Below are positions 13,071 through 25,600 of a stretch of 64,000 nucleotides of DNA, in pieces. Below the pieces are notes generated by a model. That model was not told where the DNA came from. It searched no databases and saw only the letters and a program-made list of their open reading frames with translations. The DNA comes from Octopus sinensis (taxonomy: Eukaryota), in contig NC_043022.1 in NCBI RefSeq assembly GCF_006345805.1, positions 20,584,001 through 20,648,000 of the forward strand. The letters run 5' to 3'. Position 1 is the first letter of the stretch. Every line of letters begins with the position of its first letter. The translations under genes were made by a program, and so were the position numbers.

Positions 13071-15479
13071 GTATACCACATCGTCTGATTCAGAAATCAA
13101 AACCACCATCGAAAGATTATGAGTCCAACACTCTAGCCACTAAGCCATGCACCTCCACGTAACAGAAACCATAATCTCATGATAATGAGTCCAACAACCT
13201 AACTACTAAGCCATGTGCCTCCACATACTGAAACCAAATTAGTAAGAACCATGGCCCCTACAGAATGATATTTGATCTCAAGGAAGCACACATCTTAGAA
13301 ATCCCATTAACATCACTAGAATACACAACACTGCCCCTACACTCCATTTATAGATATTGATATGTAAACCATAATACAATACACAACAAATATGTATACA
13401 TCAGCAGTTCTCATCCAGGGTCTATATAAGATTTTGGGAGGGGTCCATGCAACAAAATAGCAAATTGGAAATAGCCAATAGTATTTTAAGGGCCCCTGAA
13501 GAAATCTTTACTTTACATGTATGTATTGATTTGTATTGCAAGGAATAGCTAGGTTTCTTTCTCTGATGTTTTACATTGTTCAACCTGCACAAGTTAATGT
13601 GTGAAAAACGAAATAGGAATTTTGAAAGAAGTTCCTATAAAACATTGAATGGCTATGGCAGTCCACCAGAATAAAATAGTAATCAAAAGGGACCATCATC
13701 AGCATCATCACCGTTTAACGTCTGCTTTCCATGCTAGCATGGGTTGGACGATTTTGACAGAGAGCTGGCGAACCAGACAGCTGCACAAGGCTCCGATCTT
13801 GATCTAGCAGAGTTTCTATAGCTGGATGCCCTTCCTAATGCCAACAACTCCGAGAGTGTAGTGGGTGCTTTTTACATGCCACCAGCATGGGGCCAGTCGG
13901 GTGATACTAGCAATGACCTCGCTCGAATGTTTTTACACATGCCACTGGGACAGGTGCCAGTAAGGCAACCGGTTCAGAACCTGAGAAAATTTTGCTGTAG
14001 ATGTATGTATTGGTATGTATTGCAAGAAACAGCTAGGTTTCTTTCTCAAACATTTTACATAGTTCAACCTACACAAGTTAATGTGTGAATAACAAAATAG
14101 GAATTTTGAAGAAAATTTCTATAAAACTAGTTTTTAAAAATGAAATGGCTTTGGGAATCAACCAGAATGAAATAGTAATCAAAGATATAGGCGCAGGAGT
14201 GGCTGTGTGGTAAGTAGCTTGCCTACCAACCACATGGTTCTGGGTTCAGTCCCACTGCGTGGCATCTTGGGCAAGTGTCTTCTGCTATAGCCTCGGGCCG
14301 ACCAATGCCTTGTGAGTGGATTTGGTAGACGGAAACTGAAAGAAGCCTGTCGTATATATGTATGTATGTGTATGTATATGTTTGTGTGTCTGTGTTTGTC
14401 CCTCTAGCATTGCTTGACAACCGATGCTGGTGTGTTTACGTCCCCGTCACTTAGCGGTTCGGCAAAAGAGACCGATAGAATAAGTACTGGGCTTACAAAG
14501 AATAAGTCCCGGGGTCGATTTGCTCGACTAAAGGCGGTGATCCAGCATGGCCACAGTCAAATGACTGAAACAAGTAAAAGAGTAAAAGAGAGATATCCAT
14601 TGATAAATAATTGTTCAGAATCCCTGGTATATATAAAAAATTTTAAAAACTCACTTGAATATACATTAACGTGCCTCTTCCCTACAAAGGCATGACCTTC
14701 AATCCAAACTATAAACCATTAATATTTAACTAATGCTTTCATTGTAAAGGCATATGGCCTAATGGTTAGAGCAGTAAACTTGTGGTCAGGGGATCGCGGG
14801 TTCGAATCTCAGACTGAACGATATGTGTGTTTATGAGCGAAACACCTAAGCTCCACAAAGCTCCAGCAGAAGGTAATGGTGAACTTCTGCTGACTCTTTC
14901 ACCACAACTTTCTCTCACTCTTTGCTCCTGCATCTTGCAGCTCACCTGTGATGGGTCAGCATCCCGTCCAGGTGGGGAATCTATACGCCAACGAAACCGG
15001 GAAACCGGCCTTTACAAGCCATGCATGGCTCAAGAAGGAACAAACAACAGTGTTTTCATTATTCTCCTTGTGTCCATCTTACATTATTTCAGGTCTGACT
15101 GCTCTCATTTTTGATCTCACTGAACTGGTGAATATGATGTCTATTGGAACTCTCCTAGCTTACACGTTTGTGGCCAAATGTGTCGTTATTTTACGGTAAG
15201 TAAACATATACATACACACATACATATATATACATACATACATAAATACATACATACATATTTACACACACACATGTACACACACACATAAACATATATG
15301 TATGAGGGGATGCAGAAAGGTTCCTGACTTTGAGGGTGTTACCATAGGCCTGGTTGGAGGCCCAACATTCCAGGATCTTTTACAGGGATTAGAAAAAACT
15401 AAAGGACCACTGCAAAAAGTGTGTGAATCTGAGAGGGGAATATGTTGTGTAAAATCATTTATCTACCTATCAGTCTATC

Positions 15480-15512
<33 letters not shown>

Positions 15513-15540
15513 TTCTTATCTATTTATCTATCTATCTATG

Positions 15541-15604
<64 letters not shown>

Positions 15605-15658
15605 CCTATCTATTTATTTCTTATCTATCTATTTATTTCTTATCTATCTATCTATCTA

Positions 15659-15696
<38 letters not shown>

Positions 15697-18600
15697 GTCT
15701 GTCTGTCTGCCTGTCTGCCTGTCTATCTATTCAAGCTAGCTAGCTAGTTATCTGTCTGTCTGTCTGCCTAGCTATCTATCTACCCATCCATCTATCTACA
15801 TGTGTGTGTGTGTACATGAGTGTATGTGTGTATGCATGTGTGTGCACACGTGTGTGTGCACACGTGTGTGTGTATGCATCTGTGTGCTAGACACCCACCC
15901 CCACTGTTAAAGACGACGTATGAGCATTCAGCTTTTGCCAAAAAGCCTGCACAAACGATTTGTCTATAGCAATCAAATGTATGTGCTCTGCATTACTTCA
16001 CTCTCACCATCTAATCAACATTGTCTGGACAGGTGCACGGTGTACCACAAATGATCGTAGAACATTGTCCAATGAAGTGTTTTACTCAAGAAAACAATGC
16101 ACCACTCAGTCTAGGAACAGAAACTACAACCATGTATGTATCATCAGCATTGTTTAACGTCCGTTTTCCATGCTAGCATGGGTTGGACGGTTTGACCAGG
16201 ATCTGGGAAGCCAGGAGGCTGCACCAGGCTCCAGTCTGATCTGGCAGAGTTTCTACAGCCGGATGCTCTTCCTAACGCCAACCACTCCGTGAGTGTAATG
16301 GCTGCTTTTTACGTGCCACTGGCACAGGGGCCAGAGGAGGCTGGCAAACGGCCATGATCAGTATGTATATGCATGTATAATTGCTTTTAAGACATATTAA
16401 TGGCTGGATGCTCTTGCTGATGCTAACCCTTTTGGCTGCCTCTTATGACATGCAGGGTATGGTGTACCTATTCTAAAATTGTGTCAAATATTTTATCATA
16501 TTAAGGAGTGTGCATGTGTGTGTCCTTATCCCCACCATTGCTTGACAATCAGTGTTGGTTTATTTACAACCTCATAACTTAGCAGTTTGACAAAAGAGAC
16601 ATAGAATACTTATCTTATTAGCTATAGAAAAAAATAAGCAATGGGGTCAATTTTTTGAACTAAAACACTTGAAAGTGGTGCCCCAGTATGGCCACAGTCC
16701 AATGACTAAGACAAGTAAAAAATAAAAGATATGCATACCTGAACCCTTCCAACTACCCAAGTACTGAAGTCAATGTCATTAACTAAAAGCCTTATCTGCA
16801 GTGCTCCAGCATGGCTGCATTTCAATGAGTGACACCATGACAATAATAAGTGTTCGTTTTAGAGATTGACATCCTGTGTCCCATGGGTCTTCTGGGACAG
16901 AGTTTACTGTCTAACAGAGTAAAGAGAGTTATACGTTGTCCAAAGGATCATGCTGCACTACTGTATGGTTGACTCCCCCCTACACATCAGAATGTTCAGT
17001 ATGACCTTCAGTTAGGCCGGGGTGGGGCATATCTAGATGTGAGAATAGTGGCAGTAAAACTTGGTCATTATGACTAAATTACTGGGGGATGTTGACTTGC
17101 TGGGTCAGACATGTAGTCAGACTACACATCAGCAACAAAAACATCATCATCATTATCAACAATAAAAACATCATCTGCATTGTCAAAAACAACAAACTCC
17201 ATTATGTGTCTGTGTGTATGTGTGTGCGCATGCATGCACGTGTTGTGTGTCTATGCACACATATATTGATGTCGTTGCTGATCACCATTACACACATTTC
17301 ATTTACTAATGGGAATTACAAAATTGCATTTGTAGGAAATTATCTCTTATTCTTCAGACTGAGAATCAAATTATATCATTTGATTCTCGACATCAAGAAT
17401 GTGTGTGTGTGTGTGTGTGAGTGAGTGAGAGAGAAAGAGACAGAGTGACCATGATTATATTTAAATGTAACAAAACAACATGTTGATTATTCTGCTTGCC
17501 ACATTATGAAGCACAGATTCATCATATTCTTCTTCCCTCCTTGTTTTCTCTTCCTCCATTGCTGTTCTTTGTTTGGAATGCAGCTACAGAGTAAAGACTT
17601 TTGAGAATGAAGAACCAGAAATGAAACTGGACAGTTATGACAAGTAAGTTGACAGATTTCATAATGGACTTTTTGTGCAAGATGATCCAGAAAATGTTAT
17701 TGAATAACAACAATGGTTTATGTGTGTGCTAATATATATATATATATATATATATATAGACCGAATTTAGAAATAGCAGTCAAAGAGTTATAGCTATTTC
17801 TTCTACTAAAAAGGAGATCTCAGTAAAAACACAGCAATTGGAAGGCAGACACAAACAGGTAAGAAGAGAAATGTGACTGACGGCAATCTATCATACAATT
17901 TTAAGTTATCTACGGACGCACGTTTCGAAATCAAGTTTTTAGGAAAGCATAAGAATTAAATATTAAATAATTCTACCTTACCCAACTTCTTTTCTCTTCA
18001 GCGTAGAAAATACTATAATCATAAATGATTATATATTGAATTTTGAGATACTAGAAGGCACCAACTCAACTCAGTATCAGAGCGAGAGCTAGAATCCGCC
18101 TAGTATCACCAAATTCAAAGTGTGAATGAAAAGATTGTGTCACCAGCCCCTTCCCACCCGCGTGTAGCCAAAACAAGATGCTGTGGTCATCTACTGAGAT
18201 AAAATATGGTTATCCGTAATAATGAAGGGTGAAATTAATTATTTGGAATAATTATCAATTACACCAAGTAGTCTTCGGCATGTAAAAGCCTCATTCGAGG
18301 AAAATTTAAGTAATACTAAGCAATAAAGGGTTTAGCAACAAATTGCCTTACCACAGACCGAATTTAGAAATAGCAGTCAAAGAGTTATAGCTATTTCTTC
18401 TACTAAAAAGGGAGATCTCAGTAAAAACACAGCAATTGGAAGGCAGACACAAACAGGTAAGAGAGAATGAATTGACGGCAATCTATCATACAATTGATCT
18501 CCCTTTTTAGTAGAAGAAAATAGCTATAACTCTTTGACTGCTATTTCTAAAATTCGGTCTGTGGTAAGGCAATTTGTTGCTAAACCCTTATTGCTTAGTA

Positions 18601-18713
18601 TTACTTAAATTTTCCTCGAATGAGGCTTTTACATGCCGAAGACTACTTGGTGTAATTGATAATTATTCCAAATTAATTAATTTCACCCTTCATTATATAT
18701 ATATATATATATA

Positions 18714-18751
<38 letters not shown>

Positions 18752-18973
18752 TGTGTAATTTAAAAATAGGATAAAATCTTTATAAGAAATTATCAAGTAG
18801 TAAGCGTGAAAAACTCATAAGGGAAAAATTTATTAATTATTCCCTTTAAATATATTTATTTATTTATATTAAGGGCATTACTATACATAAATGCCTCACA
18901 CTAGGAGGGACTCTTAAAGTCAAAACTACCATAATAATAAACGCACACACATGCACACACACACGCGCATGCA

Positions 18974-19019
<46 letters not shown>

Positions 19020-20142
19020 TATATATATATATATAAGGGGGAGTCAAAAAGTAATGCCATTTTGTTTAGGCCAGGTATGATTACCAACACAGGAACATGT
19101 ATCATACATAAAATTAAATGTATGATATTGAACAAATTTTCTGTCTTCTTCTTGTATTAGTGCAGCTGGCAACAATATTGAGTTTCAAGGAAAATTTAGT
19201 CTGAAGCAACTGATAAAACCAGAAACAACATTTCCAACCAAAATTACTGAAGCCATTGTGACAACAACTTCATCTACACTCAGTAAGTATGTATATATAT
19301 GCGAGTTAACTTGTGATCCCTAGAAAACAATGTAGCCTTCATTTAACTATGGTGTCTTCAGCCTAATGTGTAACTGGTGGAATACCCCTCATTCTGCCTC
19401 TGAGTTTCTGCTAGCTGGGAAACATGGGTAGCCTGGATTTATACTTGTTCCATTTCCTCAATTTGGATATATATATCAGGAGCGGCTGTGTGGTAAGAAA
19501 CAGCTTCTCAACCACATGGTTCCGGGTTCAGTCCCACTGTGTGGCACCTTGGTCTTTTTGGTGGAAACTGAAAGAAGCCCAGTGTATTATATGCGTGTGT
19601 GTGTGTATGTGTGTCTGCCTATAGATTCAGATGAATATGGTACTCAAGTTGAGGCACCAGAATTTAGTACGGTATTATCCATACAATCTCAAAATAAGGT
19701 GATTAAAATCAAAATAAGCAACAAGGATATCCAGAGGTAATGCAGTACAATCGTTTCGTGCAACTCCATTTAATTGAAAAATGCAATCATTACATCAATT
19801 TAAAATGTAGTGCAATCTTCAATTAAATGGAGTTGCATGAAACAATCGTACTGCATTACCTCTGGATATCCTTGTTGCTTATTTATATATATGTATATAT
19901 ATATATATATATTCTTTTATTCTTTTATTTATTTCAGTCATTTGACTGTGACCATGGCCATGCTGGAGCACCTCCTTTAGTCGACCAAATCGACCATAGG
20001 ACTTACTCTTTGTAAGCCTAGTACATATTCTATTGGTGGTTTTTTGCTGAACTGCTAAGTTACAGGGATGTAAACACACCAACATCAGCTGTCAAGTGAT
20101 GGTGGATGGAACAAACACAGAACACAAGCACACACACACATA

Positions 20143-20180
<38 letters not shown>

Positions 20181-21774
20181 ATATATATAGACAGGCTTCT
20201 TTCAGTTTCCATCTACCAAATCCACTCACAAGGCTTTGGTTGGCCCAAGGCTATAAAAGACACTTGAACAAGTTGCCATGGAGTGGGATGAGAACTTGGA
20301 ACCATGTTTTACTACACAGCCACTCCTGCACCTATATATATATATGTGTGTGTATATAATAAATAAATATATATATATATAATATATATGTAGGTCCCGG
20401 GTTGATCCGGGGTTAACCACAGTAAGTAAGGTACTCAATACATAGCAGAGTAAAATTAATTTATTATATAGAAGGAGCTTCTACAGGACTAGTACTGTTT
20501 CATTCAAGAGAAATCTTCAGGAAGCTATTTAACAAGAATTGTATTAGCATTTATACATTTAGGCAGGTTTAAAGGAGTGGTGGTGGGGGACTTTTTTGGG
20601 GGTAGGCATAGCGCAAAATATCATACTGGGGGAGTGGTCAAGGAGTCAGTGGTAAGTTAGATGAAAGAATAGATAAATAAAAAATAAAAAATAAAAAAAT
20701 AAAAAATAAAAAATAAAAAAATAAAAAAAAAAATAAAAATAAAAAATAAAAAATAAAATATAAAAATAAAAAATAAAAAAAAAAAAAAATAAAATAAAAA
20801 ATAAAAAAAAAAAAAATAAAAAAAAAAAAAATAAAAAAATAAAATGTGTGCACATACATACATAAACACATATACATACCACACACACATACGTACACAT
20901 GTGTGCCTATACATACCTACACATACACACATACACATACATATTATATATATATATATATATTATACATATATAATATACATATATATATATATACATA
21001 TATATATATACACATCCAATACAGGCCCATTCCCTAATTTTAATTTATTATCTTCATTTATTACTTTTGTTATCTTTGATCGCTAGAGCTAAGGATCTGG
21101 CGATGGCAGCATGTCCAAATTGTCTGTCTACTAGAAGGCAAGTACTCGTTCCCGCACGCACACTCATTAGCACGTACATACACCCATTCGTACACTCATA
21201 CACATACACGTACGCACGCGTTACATACATACAAACATCTACATACGTTCACGTATATACATACGTACTCGTACCTACAGATTCATGTCTACACTTTAGG
21301 AGGCTAGTCTATATTATACACAATATAAAATATAATATATATATATATATATATATACATATATATATACACATATACACATACCACACACACACACTAT
21401 ATATACTCCTACATACAGATACATACCTAATATATATTATATATATATATACCCACACATACATGTAAATATATATATAATATACATATACATACCATAT
21501 ATATAGATATATTTTTTTTATTTTTTATTTTTTTTTATTTTTTATTTTTTATTTTTTATTTTTTTTTTATCTATTCTTTCATCTAACTTACCACTGACTC
21601 CTTGACCACTCCCCAAGTATGATATTTTGCGCGCTATGCCTACCCCCAAAAAAGTCCCCCACCACCACTCCTTTAAACCTGCCTAAATGTATAAATGCTA
21701 ATACAATTCTTGTTAAATAGCTTCCTGAAGATTTCTCTTGAATGAAACAGTACTAGTCCTGTAGAAGCTCCTTC

Positions 21775-21833
<59 letters not shown>

Positions 21834-22101
21834 GAAAATGGAGGAACAGATTCCTATCAATCATCAACTTACAGATATAACCAATTCATATTATTTATTA
21901 ACTACATAAATAGGAACATTCAAATCCAATAGAATAAAACAATATACATCACTAAGTAAGATAATACCATAAAAATAATACACATAAAATGGATCTTACA
22001 GCTGTTTCAGCCTGTAGATAAAGGTATCTCATTGTGTCTATATTAGTCAGATGTATTGAGGTAATATGCAGTTATATCAACACATACACACATATGTATA
22101 C

Positions 22102-22152
<51 letters not shown>

Positions 22153-22550
22153 TTATATAGCATGGTCAGTCTTCTTTCAGTTTCCATCTGTCAAATCCCC
22201 TCATAAGGCTTTGGTTAGTCTGGGGCTATAATAGAAGAGAGTTGCTCAAATTGACCACACTGTGAGACTGAACCCTCAACCATGTCGTTGGGAAGTAAAC
22301 TTCCTACCACACAGCCATGCTTGTAATAATTTGTGCTTTTTATTCATTATTTTTCCTATCTTTCCACAGGTCTGTTTGTAATTGGTTTGTGTATTCTCCT
22401 GGTGAATGCAGAAGATGACCTGACTCGTGGCTGGGCCATTTACTTGATTATTCAGTTCATAGTCCTCATCATTATTTGCACGATAATTATTGCTATGCAG
22501 CCATGCAACACTGCCAAAATCCCATTCAAAGTGAGCAGAAAGAGATTTTC

Positions 22551-22596
<46 letters not shown>

Positions 22597-22613
22597 TATT
22601 ATTATTATTATTA

Positions 22614-22646
<33 letters not shown>

Positions 22647-25600
22647 GGTGGTGAGCTGGCAGAATTGTTAGCATGCTGGGTGAAATGCTTCGTGGTATTT
22701 CTTCTGCCGCTACGTTCTGACTTCAAATTCCGCCGAAGTAGACTTTGTGTTTCATCCTTTCAGGGTCAATGAATCAAATACCAGTTGCGTACTGGGTCAA
22801 TCTGATTGACTGACTCACTCCACCGAAATTTCAGGCCTTGTGATCATTATAGAAAGAATTATTATTATTATTATTAATTATTATTATTATTATTATTACT
22901 ATTATTATTAAGGTGGCAAGCTGGCAGAACTGTTAGCACATTGGGTGAAAAGCTTAGAAATATTTCATCAGCCACTATGTTCTGAGTTCAAATTCCGCCA
23001 AAGTTGACTTTGCCTTATGCCCTTATGGGGTTCGTAAATCAAGTACCAGTTAAGTACTGGGGTTAATGTGATCGACTGTCCTTCTCTCCACAAAATCCAG
23101 GCCTTGTGCCTATAGTAAAAAGGATCATCATCATCATCATTATTGTGTGAGAGAGCAGTGCATCCCATCAAAGTGACACTGGGGTAAAATTTATGAAGCC
23201 CAGTATACCCATCATGACTACCTGCCTGATAAGGGTACACCAGGCACATGCATCACAACCATATGTAAGTGACATGGTGATCTCCTATCAAGATAAACAG
23301 CGCATGACCTTGCAGGAGGGGCCCAGTTAGAATTTTCTTAAGGCCAAGCAGTTGGTGTTAAGAATGGCAACCACCATGCCAAAACAGACTGGAGCCTTAT
23401 GAGACTTACTGGCTTAGAAGCTCTAGGCAAACCATCTAGCCATGCCAGGATGGCAGACAGATGCTAAATGATGATGATGATGATGATGATGATGATACAA
23501 TATTATGTGTGTGTGTGTATCATCATCATCGTTTAACGTCCGCTTTCCATTCTAGCATGGGCTGGACAATTTTGACTGAGGGCTGGCGAACCAGATGGCT
23601 GCACCAGGTTCCAATCTTGATCTGGCAGAGTTTCTACAGCTGGATGCCCTTCCTACTGCCAACCACTCCGAGAGTGTAGTGGGTACTTTTTACGTGCCAC
23701 CGGCATGAGGGCCAGTCAGGCGGTACTGGCAATGACCTCGCTCGAATCTTTTTACACGTGCCACCGGCACAGGTGCCAGTAAGGCGACGTTGGTAACAAT
23801 CACGCTCGAATGGTGCCCTTTTACTTGTATATATAAAAATTACACACAGATTCACATACTAACAATCATACATACATGCATACATACATATACATATATT
23901 TATATGCTTACAAACATATATGAATGTGTGTGTGTACGTGTATAGATACATGAGCTTCTGCACAGTTTCCATTTGATATTTTCACTCCCAAGACATCAAT
24001 CAATCAGCTCCTACATTGTATTACACTTGCTTGGGAACAAATTCAGGACTACAAGGTTACAAAGCAAATAATCCCAACCACTCAGCTATGTTTCTACCAT
24101 CACTATTTCATCATCATCATCATCATCATCACCACCATCCAGTGTTCTAAATCCAAGGCTTTGTCCCTGTTAACGGGGGTGACCAGATCTACCTCAGTGC
24201 CATAACATCTGCCCTCACACCATCTCTCCATCTTGCCCGGTTTTGAGCGTCCTCCCTTCTCAAGCTGACCCTCCTAATCTCCTCCTCCATCTGTCCCCTC
24301 CTTGTTTTCCTAGCTCTACCTCGCTTTTGTGGTCCATTTACCTCAAACTCTCCTCACAACATACTCCTCATCCCTCCTCAACACATGTCCATACCACCAC
24401 ACTCCATTCATCTTTGCCAGCCATTCCACCGATTCCTCCAAAACCCAGCATCCCCATCAAGTCTTTAGCCTCACACCACACATTCCTCTCATCATTGCTC
24501 TCTCAGTCATTCTCAAAATTGCCATCTCTCTCCCCCTCGGACACCCTGTCTCACTCCCTTACGGCATTGCAGCTCTCACACAACTCCTATCCCCCCTCAA
24601 TACATACCCACACCACCGCACTCCATTTGCCCTTGCCAGCCATTCCACCAATCCCTCCAGCCCCAGCATCCCCATCAAGTCCTCCTCTTATCAAACAGCT
24701 TCACCCCATACATTTCTCTCCCCATTGCTCTCTCGGTCCCTCCCAAAATTGCCAATCTCTCTCCCCCTCAGACACCATGTTTCACTCCCATCAGTATTGC
24801 AGCTCTCACACAACTCCTATAGACCCTTCCTTTCATCTTCAATGAGAACCTTTTCCCATATAACAACTCTCCACATTCCCTGAACTCCACCCAGCCAAGT
24901 CTCGCTCTTGCTGTCACAGCTGCTTCTCATCCACCACTTACATCCACCCAAATAACAAAACCCTCAATTATTTTTCTATTTCCAGGTGCCATTAGTACCA
25001 TTTCTGCCAGAACTTAGTGCTGCTGTGAACATTTATCTCATGCTCAAGTTATCACCTTCAACATGGATACGATTTTGTGTATGGATGGTTATCGGTTTGT
25101 ATTTCATCTTCCTTCACTATCATGCACACACACACAAGCATACACACAAGCACACACAGATACATAGACGCATATATGTTTGTACATATATACACAAAAG
25201 TGTGTATGTATATCTGTGTGTGTGTCTTTATGTCTGTGTTTGTCCCCCCATGACCAGTGTTGGTATGTTTATGTCCCTGTAACTTGGCAGTTCAGCAAAA
25301 GAGACCGATAGAATAATTACCAGGCTTAAAAATCATAAGTAGTGAGGTTGATTCGTTCAACTAAAAATTTTTCAAGGTGGTGCCCCAACATGGCCACAGT
25401 CTAAAGACCGAAACAAGCAAAAGATAAAAGAAAGATATATATATGTATGTATACAAACATACATACATGCATGCATACATACATACATACATACATACAT
25501 ACATACATACATACATAACATACATACATACATACAAAAACAATACCCTGTTGGTGATGTTGAAATTCCAATGAAGGAGCCCTGGATCTAGGTTAGAAAC

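Larger units (their letters stand above)
20464..21781. repeat. Long inverted repeat: ~212-bp unique arms plus A-rich/T-rich tracts
   Basis: 20464-20674 is the reverse complement of 21569-21781 apart from about two differences. Confidence 0.9.
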
